From the human T2T-CHM13v2.0 reference genome, Homo sapiens, in the NCBI RefSeq assembly GCF_009914755.1, contig NC_060925.1: DNA of 64,000 nt. The stretch is one strand, 5' to 3'. Positions 41,572 to 58,259 of this stretch are shown in pieces. The stretch's first letter is position 1. Each line of letters opens with the position of its first letter. The position numbers and the translations under genes were made by a program. The notes under the pieces were generated by a model, which saw nothing but the letters and a program-made list of their open reading frames with translations, had not been told where the DNA came from and ran no database searches.

Positions 41572-42588
41572 ATGGGGAAAAAACAGAACAGAAAAACTGG
41601 AAACTCTAAAAAGCAGAGCGCCTCTCCTCCTCCAAAGGAACGCAGTTCCTCACCAGCAACGGAACAAAGCTGGATGGAGAATGACTTTGACAAGCTGAGA
41701 GAAGAAGGCTTCAGACGATCAAATTACTCTGAGCTATGGGAGGACATTCAAACCAAAGGCAAAGAAGTTGAAAACTTTGAAAAAAATTTAGAAGAATGTA
41801 TAACTAGAATAACCAATACAGAGAAGTGCTTAAAGGAGGTGATGGAGCTGAAAACCAAGGCTCGAGAACTACGTGAAGAATGCAGAAGCCTCAGGAGCCC
41901 ATGCGATCAACTGGAAGAAAGGGTATCAGCGATGGAAGATGAAATGAATGAAATGAAGCGAGAAGGGAAGTCTAGAGAAAAAAGAATAAAAAGAAATGAG
42001 CAAAGCCTCCAAGAAATATGGGACTATGTGAAAAGACCAAATCTACGTCTGATTGGTGTACCTGAAAGTGATGGGGAGAATGGAACCAAGTTGGAAAACA
42101 CTCTGCAGGATATTATCCAAGAGAACTTCCCCAATCTAGCAAGGCAGGCCAACGTTCAGATTCAGGAAATACAGAGAACACCACAAAGATACTCCTCGAG
42201 AAGAGCAACTCCAAGACACATAATTGTCAGATTCACCAAAGTTGAAATGAAGGAAAAAATGTTAAGGGCAGCCAGAGAGAAAGGTCGGGTTACCCACAAA
42301 GGGAAGCCCATCAGACTAACAGCGGATCTCTCAGCAGAAACCCTACAAGCCAGAAGAGAGTGGGGGCCAATATTCAACATTCTTAAAGAAAAGAATTTTC
42401 AACCCAGAATTTCATATCCAGCCAAATTAAGCTTCATAAGTAAAGGAGAAATAAAATCCTTTACAGACAAGCAAATGCTGAGAGATTTTGTCACCACCAG
42501 GCCTGCCTTACAAGAGCTCCTGAAGGAAGCACTAAACATGGAAAGGAACAACCGGTACCAGCCACTGCAAAATCATGCCAAAATGTAA
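41572..42588 (+). CDS. LINE-1 ORF1p (338 aa RNA-binding chaperone)
   Basis: Full length; REKG, ARR and YPAKLS motifs intact. Confidence 0.96.
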   Translation: MGKKQNRKTGNSKKQSASPPPKERSSSPATEQSWMENDFDKLREEGFRRSNYSELWEDIQTKGKEVENFEKNLEECITRITNTEKCLKEVMELKTKARELREECRSLRSPCDQLEERVSAMEDEMNEMKREGKSREKRIKRNEQSLQEIWDYVKRPNLRLIGVPESDGENGTKLENTLQDIIQENFPNLARQANVQIQEIQRTPQRYSSRRATPRHIIVRFTKVEMKEKMLRAAREKGRVTHKGKPIRLTADLSAETLQARREWGPIFNILKEKNFQPRISYPAKLSFISKGEIKSFTDKQMLRDFVTTRPALQELLKEALNMERNNRYQPLQNHAKM

Positions 42589-42636
42589 AGACCATCGAGG
42601 CTAGGAAGAAACTGCATCAACTAACGAGCAAAATAA

Positions 42637-46383
<3,747 letters not shown>

Positions 46384-46705
46384 GGACATGGATGAAATTG
46401 GAAATCATCATTCTCAGTAAACTATCGCAAGAACAAAAAACCAAACACCGCATATTCTCACTCATAGGTGGGAATTGAACAATGAGATCACATGGACACA
46501 GGAAGGGGAATATCACACTCTGGGGACTGTTGTGGGGTGGGGGGTTGGGGGGGAGGGATAGCATCGGGAGATATACCTAATGCTAGATGACGAGTTAGTG
46601 GGTGCAGCGTACCAGCATGGCACATGTATACATATGTAACTAACCTGCACAATGTGCACATGTACCCTAAAACTTAAAGTATAATAAAAAAAAAGAGAGA
46701 ATAGT

Positions 46706-46736
<31 letters not shown>

Positions 46737-48008
46737 GCATTTCATTTAGGGCCACTGTAGATACATAATGAGCAAATTAGAGTATGTCCTGTCTTGACTA
46801 CATGATGAAAGTCTAGGTAATCCTCTCATGTTGACTTTTCATGAATTGTCCCTTCCATCTCAGGATAAGCTATTTAAAATAACCAAAACGGAAAGTCTCA
46901 GTTTGCTGGCATATAATAGCATCACTTTCTCCCTTCCTTTCCTGAGAAAAACTATCTCAAAGCACAGCACACTTAATTTTCATCATTTATGATCTCATTT
47001 CTGGCTTCATGCCTTTATGCCCAAGGACATTTGGGAATGTGTCAAGTGGCAGGTATAGCCACTTGAACTTTTGTACCCTTGAGCTTGATGGGGATGCCTC
47101 CCCAATGTCCATCTTCTGGATCCTTGGCCAAGGGTTCTGGCATGGTGAGATTTGACTGCCTTGCTCAAAAGAGGTCACCTAGTCCTGGATGTGCAGCTCA
47201 TCTTCATATTAGGAGATGCCAAGAAGCTAATTCTGAAGCAAGAATTTAGCTTTAGCAAACAAGTTGATTTTATTTTTTGCTATTCTGCCAAAGCTATGAT
47301 CCTGAGGCTCTGATGATGTTTTAAAGCCATGCATACTGGTCAGCAGAAAGACCACTATCAGCACCCAACTGCTGTCTCTAGTAGGGAAACCAGGACATTT
47401 TCTGTCTGTGGAATTTGTGTGGCTTGGGAGGCTTGCCTGACTATTTCCCCTGGAGATTCCAACTCTAATATATACCTTGTAAGGTTTTCCTTGGGAACTA
47501 AAAAGAACAGTATGTAAATTCTCTGCTAGGGCTGAGAAACCCTCAATAAATAGAAGATGACATGGGCCTCATACAAAAAAACAACCTTTGAGCTGGCCTG
47601 CTGACCCAGCCATATCTGAATGTGTGCTCTATGCAAGCTCCTCTCCCATATCTGTGTGCTCCCTCTTACCCAGTGGCACAGATGACCTGGGATGCCTGGG
47701 GCTGGTTTGTCAGTCAGCTCTACTGTAACCTCACAGAAGTCATTGATAACCAATGTTCAGGTACACAGGTGGTATCCATACCCTGTGCCCTTTTCATTTA
47801 ATCAGTTTCTCTGTTATTTCCACAGAAAAGCAGATGTTAACCATAATTACAAAAATTATAAACTTGGGAACTTATGAAGTCTCCAACAGCACTGTCCCCT
47901 GTATGTGTTCCTGACTTCAGAGGTACTCAGAGACTGAACATCCCAATCCTATCCTCTTTCCTTAGGATCCCACACTTAGTCTTCTTCTGCCCTTTTAAAG
48001 TTCTCTTA

Positions 48009-48165
48009 GGTCTTTGCTACTCAAAATATGGTCCACGGATCAGGAATATCAGCATCACCTGAGAGCTTGCTAAAAATTCAAAAGCTCAGAGCTTCTAAAC
48101 AAAAATCATCATTTTAACAAGATCCTCAGGAGATTTGTATGCAATTAAAATTCACAGAGTACTGC
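48009..48165. mobile_element. MER5A-like hAT MITE
   Basis: gctactcaaaatatggtccacgga...cagcatcacctgagagcttgct...ttttaacaagatcctcaggagatttgtatgca. Confidence 0.8.
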
Positions 48166-50782
48166 TCTAGGTGCCTGTCTTTCACAGAGTAAAGACTGGG
48201 TAACAGGTGTTAAATAATGATCATCATGATGATAATAAACAACTGTTATTACTACTACATCAATAATAATACAGGACTAATTGGGAGAGTACTACTTGAA
48301 AGGACCATGCTAAGGATTTTACACTTATTAGCTCCTTTAACCAATGCCTATTCAAGTGTCCCTTGGCCTCCCAGTGAATTTCAGGATCTCCCATCTCAGG
48401 ATGTTTCTTGTTCCATGATCTACATGGAAAGAGTCACCTTTGGGCATTAACTTACAGCAAATCCAGGCATCAGAGAAACCAGAAGCCTAGCAACACAGAG
48501 GGTTCACATAAATAGTAAGGAGGAGAGTGGCTGGAGCTGCCAAAAGTGGGCCAGACATGCCATGCTGTCAGCCAAGAAGAGACTCATAGGAATCAGAATT
48601 AAGGCAGCAGGGCCAGACAGAGAGGAGCACAGAGGAGGTTAGGCACTGGGAGCAAGTAAAGAACTGCTACTGAGGCAGCCTGTCCTAGGCTCACTGCCAT
48701 TACTGCCCAAACCCTCTTGAGTTTGTCTAGAGAGAGCCCAGCTTTTGACTTGCAGGTAAAAGTAATAATGTCTGGAAATACACACACATGCACACACTCC
48801 AACCTGATTGAGTATGTGTTGGAAGAGTTGAGAGCAAGCAGGAAAGCAGTAGCTCATGGTGGCTGAGGTGGGAGTAGAACCTAGGTCTTCTAACTCCAAG
48901 TCCATGACTCACTCTCTACTCTTCCTCATCGTATCTGCACATATAAGATACCTTCTTATCTGTGTTTCTACATTTTACTTCCCCTCAACTTATGACAAAA
49001 GCCCCAGGAATAGCAGAACGCTGCAGGAGACCGTGGTTTGGCAGATGGCTGGGCCACAACAAATGAAGCTAAGGATGCTGGTTCAGTTCCCATAAGGGTC
49101 AGGCTGTGGTAGCCCAGGTCCACATATACGACCCCTTCTTCACTGTCCTGCATAGCAGGACAAGTCCTACCATGAGAGCCAGCAGTACAGTCTGCATATA
49201 TGAAAGACCACAGCACTAGACCATGATCTCCTTGAAGTCAGGGAATGAATATTCTTTAAGCAGGGCCAGATACAGCGATTAACACATTACGGGAAATGGT
49301 GCCAGATGGTTAAAGAGAAGGAAAAACAAGCCATTTGTGGACAGAGCTGGTGTAAGGGTTAACTTTGCATTTTTTTAACTCAAGTCTCTTTTTACTGAAG
49401 TTTTTCCCACTGTTCAAATAAAGAAAATTGAAGGCCAAATAAATAGGACATTATTTATCCCCCCTTGAATGTTGAAAGATTTTTTCTACTGCTGTTAACA
49501 GCCACTAGCCTAATTGATATGAGTATGTCGTATATGTGTTTGACCCCCCAGCAATCCTGTAAGCTGATTATGGGGAGGGACAAGCTTGATCTTTGTTATA
49601 TCCCATCATGTACAACACAATGTCTGAACAAAATATGTGCCCAGAAAATAACTATTTAATTGGAAATGACTTTGAATTTGAAGCCCTCTGACCAGCTTAA
49701 ACTTGGAGGCTAGCTGTGATAAACTCCACTGTGTCTGCCTCCAGGCTACACCTCTTCTTAAGACATTGCTTCCTAGGCCATGGATATCTACTCATAGATT
49801 TGAATGGGTTTCAACAGGTCCTAAGCTCAGAACTGATGCTAGCAGCTGAAGCTATACTCATTTGGGCTGTCAATCACTATCTAATATGTTTAACCTAAGT
49901 GATGTATTGATCCTAGTTGCCTGCAAGTACACTTGAAAAGGGCTAAGTGACATTTCCAAGGAGAGACAAGATACTTTCAAGTCAGTTAGAAGCATCAGAA
50001 GATTCAGTGCACAAGGAGGAGCCCATCTTGAAGGAGCAGTCCTTGAGAATATGAATTGGATTAAGCCCCCTCTTATACACCAAATCCTTTAATAACCTCC
50101 AACACCTAAAAGATATGGGTGCCTGCCCCATCATACATGCCACAATCAAGGTGCCACATGGCTTTTTGTACCAGGCCTATAAAACACAAAGTAGTTGTAA
50201 TTGTCAGAAGGACAAATACAGAAAATATTCACTCACTTGGAATCCCAGTCTCAGTACCTAAAATCTCAAATTTAGATTGTTGCTTTGACTTTATAAATAA
50301 AACATAATCCCTTCTGTTTGCAAAGTTCTCTGTACTTTTCAGAAACTTTAACCTCTGTTTTAATCCCAGTCATACCCACCATAACCCTATAAGAGAAACT
50401 GGACCATCATAACTATGCCCAGGTGAGAGATGAGGAAATTGGGGTTAAAAAAAGATTTTTGACTTAGTCAAATTCACACTATTAGGTAGTATCCAGTTTT
50501 CAACTATAATCAGATTACATCAGGGATCTTTCCATTAAATTTCACATGGCTTTTCTTCTGAATAAAAAAAAAAATTTAAGCCTTTGGAAAGGCAAGATAC
50601 TCCAGGGGATATTAGTTCTCTGTATGAAGAGTTTAAACAAATGACTGAGGGAAGGGAAAAATTCATTCATTGGATCTGCCTGTAGCTTGAGCTCCAGGTT
50701 TACAGTCAGGCAGGCAGAGTTCTGCTCTGGAAAGTCAGGAGAGACACCAGGATCCTGGATAACCAAGGACAAGCCACACCCC

Positions 50783-51760
50783 CAGGGACAGATTCAGGAT
50801 TTACAAAGCCTGACACTTACATAATTTGGGAATTTCTCTTTTAGAAAAGAACACAAAATTACAAATTCAAAATTCAGCATAAAAGTGAATATTCATTTAG
50901 AATAAGAAAATAAATCACAATGAATTATACATTTTTTAAAGCTGACAAATATCACATATACCAAAATTTTTAAATCACCTAATACTTTTACTAATTGCCT
51001 GGTATATCCCTACATCACTTCTTTTTGCCTGCATTATCGAATGCATAATCACCTCTTCAGATGATAATGATTGTATAAGTTTCTGTAGAGAGACTAGAAA
51101 GACAATTTAGTCTTTAGCATAATCGGTAGTCTTTTTTTATTATTATAGATAATTTAGGAAGGTTTCAGCTTCACAACTTGTAATTAGTTATGTCATGTAA
51201 ATTTTTAGGATTGTTGATAAATTTGGAATAACTTCTGTTTTTCTCATTTGTAAGCTATAAGATTTAAAAGAATTTTCCACAGACTAACTTCTAAACTCTG
51301 TACATTTCAAAACTTGTTTCTTCTCTACTAAGCACATAAATCCTGCACCAGCGTCACAGGACACCTTCCTATGGTGATATGACTTCCAGCCCTACACTGT
51401 GGGGGCTGGTGAGTTGGTACAGCAGGTGGCAGAATTATTCCTGGACGCTATTCCTATATGGAGGCAGCTGGTAATAGCCAGGCATGGAAGTGATGGTGAC
51501 CTAGATTTACCTATCTACTAAGCTCAAACCAAATAGATCTCACTCCAGCTTCCCCTTAGCTGCATTCCAAAATGCCCATAGACATTGTGATGTCTCCCCA
51601 CTCAAGGGAAAGTAAGACAGAGGGGAACTTGGAGTTGAAAGAGATAGTGATCTTAACCATCTGTAGTAAAGACAACTTAATATCCAAAATGTATAATTAT
51701 TTGAATATACTACTAGGTTCCTTCCCAGAGCCTTGGAAGGGGCCTGTGCTACTGAGGAGC
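50783..51760. mobile_element. ~1-kb DNA-transposon fossil with MER53-like ends
   Basis: Left end cagggacagattcagg...acataatttggg...aagaacacaaaattacaaattcaaaatt; right end cagagccttggaaggggcctgtgc; recalled similarity only. Confidence 0.55.
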
Positions 51761-54459
51761 TGCAAATAGCCCTTTTGCTCATTGGTGGCTTTGCCTATCA
51801 GTAAAATGAGGTTGCCAATAATTTCTACTCCTCTGGGGGATAGAAGGATTGATCTGGACTAGAGATGAGCTCACAGGAACTGAACATGGGTTCTAATGGG
51901 TTGATCCAGAATTTGTGACACCTGCCACACCCATCCTCAGCTCAGAGGTGGGACAAAACACAGGATCAGTTGAATACTGTGTGGGGTATAGAAAGCACTT
52001 TGAGCTTCTTAAAGGAACAAATAAACACAAGTCAAACACAAAACTACAAAATGATTGTTTGAATCCCTGGAGTCTGCTATAAAGCCAGCTTCACTCTGAT
52101 ACTGAAAGGCTGGTCAATTAATCCCACTGCACTCTGGTATCATGGTTTTCATGCCCCTTCCATGCCCAGGCCTTCATGCAGATCTGAACAATTGGCCCTT
52201 CCTGCCCTCCATCCAAGCCAGGCAGCCCAGCCCCGTTTTACTCCAACAAATCTCCTACAGCTTCAATAGCTGCCACTCATTCCTTCTTTAAGGGACTTAA
52301 CAAAATTAACTCAATCTTCCTGGCATGGAATCCAGCTGCAGCAGGGCAGGTTTTATGGAGTGTGTAATCGCAAGATTCTGCGCCCATCATCACAGGGCTC
52401 AGCTTCCTGAGTGTGGCACACACCCCTCCCGCAGACCTGTTCATCTCAGTGTCGGCCATAGCCTTGCCATCCCTCTGCTGCTGCCACCGCCAGCACTGCC
52501 TTTCTGCTTGGATGGAGTGCTGGTCATTTTGTGCAAAGTGCAGAAGGGGGAGCAGTGTGGGGGGAAGAGAAACTGAAACAGGAAGGGAAGGCAGACCCAG
52601 AAAAAAGACAGAGGCAGAGAGAGGGAAAAGAGGAGAAAAAGTTAGAGGAAACTATACCAAGTCCCTAAGGAAATCAGATGGAGATGTTCTTTTAACTCAG
52701 CCAAAGGAAAGAGTGAGCTTGTGTTTTGAAGCCCGCAGGCTGTTGGCAAGAAAAATAAACCTCTCAACAGACCCTGAATCTGATGGTAGCAAGGAAGAAT
52801 GGATGGAAAGAGTGAGGACCAGTGAGTGGAGGGATTTCAGGGGAAAGCCTGGGCTTTTCCCTACAGGGTACTAGAAGAATCTTTTGAATGCAAGTATTGT
52901 TTTACTCTGCAATATTATGCAACAACAGACTTCAGTTACTTATTTGTCCATGTAGATTGTGTATCTGTGAATTAAACTAGTATTTAAATCTACATAGAGA
53001 TCAAATGAATGAATCCCGAGTGTATTTTGGGCCTGGAGAGGGAGGTCATAGAGGGACTTTATGACATGCCAGACCCAAGTGATTATTAGTGTCATCATCA
53101 TCATCATTAATAACGTAACATCACTTTCATCATTATTAATATTTTAGATGAGAAAATCCTTCAGGAGTAGGCTTCCACTACTTCCAGCTTCCCTTCTCAC
53201 CCTGTCTCCTACTTTAACAGACTCCAAGGCACAAAAGCACAGCATTTCTTCCAAGTAGGTCTCTCCTCTCTCTCTCACCAACTTTAAGTTTCTTCCATGT
53301 ACATGATCATGTGAATTCTCATGGGGGGCAACGCAATTTAAAGTTGGAATTGCCTGAAAAACACCAGCACTGTTCGGGTACTCAGAAATGATATCCAGAC
53401 CACATGCAAATGAACTCACAGCCCTCTTAACTAATTTGATCCACCTGGATGTGGCTCTTAGGAAAAACCTAATAGAGACACCTGCTATGAACACTGAAAG
53501 AATAGTCCCCTCGGTGGTTTTTCACCCCTTCTGTTTCTGCTACCAATTTTAACTAGGGGAAGTAATACGCTGGTGTAAAACAGTAACTAAGAGTTGGGAA
53601 GAAATAGTAACCATTGAACTTCATTCACACTGTCATTATTTTGTGCTGAGAAATTACCAGGAGGCATCAACCTGCCCATCAAACCTCATAATGCAAAACA
53701 CATTATACATCCTATGACAAGTGACTTAAGGCAAATTAGTCAGAGGTACTAGTGTTTCCAGGCTCTGTCTTTTGTGACGAGTAGGGGGAGCCCAGTTTCT
53801 GCTGCCTGGGATGGCAGCAAGGAGTGCCAGCCTGAATTTCCCACATAGCTCCCAGCAGTCAGCAGAGGGGGGCAGGGAGAAGCAGTTGGACCAAGCTGGC
53901 TTCTTGTTTGGAACTTTCTCTGATCTTGAACTGAGTGACAGGTCTATGATGCTCCCACACTGCAGTAAGAGAAAGCAAATTATGTTCCTTTCTTCATCTG
54001 TTTGTCCTGCACTGCAGGGCTGCTGTCAGGATCTGCTGCACTAATTTCCCAGCTGGGCCCTTTCCTTGAAGTCCCCCTGACTATCTGGCTCCCACAGAGA
54101 AGTTGGTCTATTAGGCTTAAGATGACTCAAGGCCAGCCAGTCTCAAATTTCCCAAATATTCAAGGGCAGAAGGAGGAGCAGGGATGAGAAGGAAGAAAAG
54201 GTGTAGAGTGGTGGGGAAAACTTGATAGGTGGCTGGAAGAAGCCTTTGAAATGCTAATACAGTTACCCACACAGCAAACATGACCTCCTATGTGTACAGA
54301 ATAAATATTTAAGGGACAGGGACCATTCCCAGAACTGAAAGTAGGAAAACATGTTGGAGTGTATCTAGCCATGAATGCACTGCCCTCAAATGCCCAGGCA
54401 GCAGTCTTAAGAGGATTCCACCTTGGGGGATTCATGGGGCTCATTTTTCTATCGCAATC

Positions 54460-55051
54460 TGTGGTCAGCATTCAGTTAGAAAAGCAGAGCCACTAGGAGA
54501 TTTTGATAGGCAGATACATAGATAAGCAGGCTGACAGACAGATAGATGGACAGATGGATAGACTTAGTATACAGATTTGACTTTATGCAATTGTGCGACC
54601 TGGTCAAGCAGGCTCTGTATAGATGTTATGGCGCTTGAAGACCACAGGGCAGGCAGTCAGGAAGGTGGGGAAAGTAAGAACAAAGGAGAACCTACAGCCA
54701 CGAGAACAGTCTGGAATGCCTGCCGTCTCTTGTTACCTGTAACCTTGGTGATATGGCTTTCTTGCAGTAATCAAATGGAGCCAAATGCACCTACCTAGCC
54801 TAAGAGTCAAGAGAAGCTGGAAAACAGAAGGTAGAGAAATTGCAAGCCCAATTGCTGCTTCATGCTGATGAGGTGAATCAGCAGATCATCAACAATGTGT
54901 GTGGGCTGCAAAATGGCTGCTGCCTCATGTTCACCCTCCAAATCTCACACAAGAGACTTACTTGTGGCTTACCCATATAGGAAACATACAGGGAAGGGAA
55001 TTCTGGGACACATAGTTCACCTACCCAAGTTCACACATAACAAAGCCACCA
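54460..55051 (-). mobile_element. old ERVL-class LTR with (GATA/GACA)n patch
   Basis: gaaaagcagagccactagg...gggaagggaattctgggacacatagttc...acaaagccacca. Confidence 0.55.
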
Positions 55052-55961
55052 TGCTATCTAAAGCATCTCTTAGCAGTGATAAATTAGGTCAGCCACTGCC
55101 AGCCATCTGGGTGCCAGAGCATCATAAGCCGGAGCTCTAGACTTGCAGCACTAACCCACAATAGGACTGGAGGAAGAATACAAAAGCATATTTGGATGAG
55201 TTTGCAGAGCCACCCAAACCCTTGTTTAGGTGTGATGTCAAGGCCCAGTGATAGAGAGGGATGCCTGGCCTTACATAGCCTCCTCTCTTCTCCATTCTCA
55301 GCCCCAGGGCACTTGGGCCATATGAAGTGACCACATACTGCCATCTTTCCAACATTGCTGGCAGATGTTGCTGTCTCCTCCTAGACTGGAACTTGTTTAG
55401 TTTATCATTCAGCTCTAAATGTTGTACAGTGAGCTTCAATCCTGCTGAAGGAAGCATACAGGATGGCTCTCTTCATTCTCAGTGTTTACTTTGATAATGT
55501 GTTTCTTCTATGGCGATATCTCCCTGAATGTGTTGGGTCTCATCTGATAATGTAGTTCCTTGCAGGGACTTGCGATTAGCTGGGTTCTACCAGTGCTGTG
55601 AAAATGAAGGAAAATTGCCTGGGGTTGGATAAAGAGGAGCTAAATGTTATGGGCTCACATTGGCATGCACAGAGATTATTAAACTCCTCATTAACTGAAC
55701 CAGGGCTTTGCCAGGCCCCTGGGCAGGTGGTATGGGGCTGTGAGCACGCAGATGCCTCACACAAGATGAGTGCATCTGAAAGGGGGCAATGATGTTCAAG
55801 GGGAAAAATGGCTAATTCCTGGCATTGCCCTTAGTGAGGCTGGACTCACAAATGCCTCCTTTTCCTGAGAGCCCCCTGGGAGCATCAGCTATTCCACCCT
55901 AGGGCGGTCTGTTTCCACACAACAGACATGCACCACAGGGCCGATGCTCAAACTAACTTAC

Positions 55962-56234
55962 CAGATGGCATTGAGAAGTCACAGCTTCTGTTTTTCTTAC
56001 CCTGACGAGGTTTCAGAAGGGTAGAAATGGAACACTTCTTCCAAGTGAAATAGTGTCTGTTCTGGTACTGTGGAGGCTTCAATCCAACTTGAGGGAGGGG
56101 AGGCTGCGGAGGCTCACATATGTGCATGTGCACGTGTCTGTGCCCCTGTGAACAAGAGCTGGGGCAGGGATGGATGGGAGAGGGTGTGATCCCCAACAAT
56201 CTATTCTCCTCTGGTGTCCTTACAACCTCAAGTG
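55962..56234 (-). other. candidate exon
   Basis: Acceptor gggtttttcatttttcag|C at 56235/56234; donors CTG|gtaagt (55962) or AGG|gtaaga (56001); motif evidence only. Confidence 0.2.
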
Positions 56235-57299
56235 CTGAAAAATGAAAAACCCAGGTCACAAAACAGGCACAGAGCACAGTCACAACATGCATCAGATAAA
56301 AGCAAATCCAGTGTACAAGTACTTAACTCAAAATAAGTCTTCACAGCCTGGGATATCAAGAGTGTCCTCTTAATCAGGGACATCAGGGAAGTCAAGCAGC
56401 CAGAACAGAGATGGCCCTATGTTGGACTCTGCTCTTACTTATGTGATACCTTCTACTAGCAAACCACACTGTGCTGATGTAAATTATGAGTGGCTCTGCA
56501 AAACACTCCAGGGGAGCTGGTCAAGACTATCAGGGATGCTAAAGCAAAAAGTAAGCTGAGGCTAGTAGAGGCTAAAAAATCGGTGACCTGTGGCAGAGCA
56601 GTCAGTGAGAGGTTCAAGGGGCAGATGTTGCCCTGGAGTTGGGAGAACTGGCTTAGTCCCAGCTCTGCTACTTCCTGGCACAGAGCAGATCCTGAGCCTT
56701 GGTTTCCTCACCTGTGATATCAAAATAATATCTGTATCACAGGATTCTTTCCAAATAAATAAGAGATGAGGTACACATAAACACTTTATAACTGATAGTG
56801 AAAAAAATGAAGCCAAAATTTGAATCTTTCCAATTAATACTAATACTCTTCATTATGTTAATTATTTGATCCTTTGAATGCTCTATTTTGTACATGAGGA
56901 AATTTAATCTCAAGAAGTTTAGAAACCTATTTGAAGTCAACGCAGATAATAAATAGAATGGCTAAGATTTCAACTCAGGCTATTAAGCTCAAAGCCCACC
57001 TGGTCATCTTTATTCCATTCTTTCTGCCTCTCAATGTCATAATCAGCCACAGTCAGCCAAAAGTAGGCATTTGCCGTCTCACACTTCTGAGTTCAGGTCT
57101 TCTCAGATGTTTAACTTTGCAGAAATACAAGTAGATCACGTTTGACATTCACCCCTCAATGTTGTGGACGTTGTATTCTTGTTGCAGCTCACTTAGGCCT
57201 GGATTTCCAAACTTCTGACTACCCCATACTTTAACCTTCAGTTCTGGGCCCTGTATGTAACTCTAGGAAGAATGGGGCGGAGGGGTTGTTGTGTTTTAA

Positions 57300-57426
57300 A
57301 AACATTGTTAGAGATAGAGGTCTCACTATGTTGCCTAGGCTGGTCTCAAACTCTAGGCCTTAAGTGATCCTCCCACCTCAGTCTCTCAAGTAGCTGGGAT
57401 TACAGATGTGAGCCACTATGCCCAGC
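57300..57426 (-). mobile_element. Alu monomer (FLAM-like)
   Basis: Single arm gagatagaggtctcactatgttgcctaggctgg...gtagctgggattacagatgtgagccactatgcccagc. Confidence 0.85.
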
Positions 57427-58259
57427 AGGTTCTTAATTCTTTTCTTGGCTACCTTGTACCTCCTATATCACCTTTCAGGGCTAGTCTCTAGAAACAGTGG
57501 CCCCTTAACTCTTTCTGGAACTTAATCTTGCCTCTTAGGGTATCAAATATTCTGTTTCTTCCAATACCAGATAAATGCGTTATGGGTCTTGCAGCCTTTC
57601 TGTCTGGGCTAGCAAAAATAATTATAGTCTTTGCACTTAAGTTGACCCCACTACAAGAAATATTATTTCTTCATGTTGATAATCTATGTCCTTATGCACC
57701 AAGCTCAAGCCACTATGACGAAAGCTGATCCCTGCACTGGTCAGAACAGGAGAGGGATGTAGCCAGATTTTGGCATCATTAAACTGGTCAACCAGCTGCA
57801 AGACATTACCAGCTGCCATGTTAATCATTAATGAGGCAGACAGTGCCTGTTGCCTGTGTAGTGAACCAAACATTATGACTTGGGTTTTCATTTCATTTAA
57901 AATTAACTCACTGAATGAAGAATCAGCCTCTAGCTTGTGAGAGACAGAGCAGTTGGCACAAAGAGGGGACTGGCAGTCCAGAAGCACAAAGGGAACATAA
58001 AGTCCCTCACTGATATGATCCAACTGTTTGTATGCAGGCCGTGACTTTTAATTCAACTCCACGTCTGTGTTCCCAAGCAGAGTCTGTGTGGCACCACTCC
58101 TTCCTGCTGTAGCATGTGCTAATGCCTCTCCAAATTACCCCAGCTATGTCTTGAAATCTCAGAAAAATGAAAATATAGTCCTACTTTTTATACGTGCGTT
58201 GTATTTTCTTATTCAAGAAAGGCAAATGCAACTTTTAACCTTTACTATGTTTATATAAA

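Noticed and set aside
46523-46557. G-quadruplex-like G tract
   Set aside because: Normal feature of the L1PA 3' UTR
52413-52874. 153-aa ORF
   Set aside because: Non-ATG start; largely a translation of a purine-rich low-complexity tract
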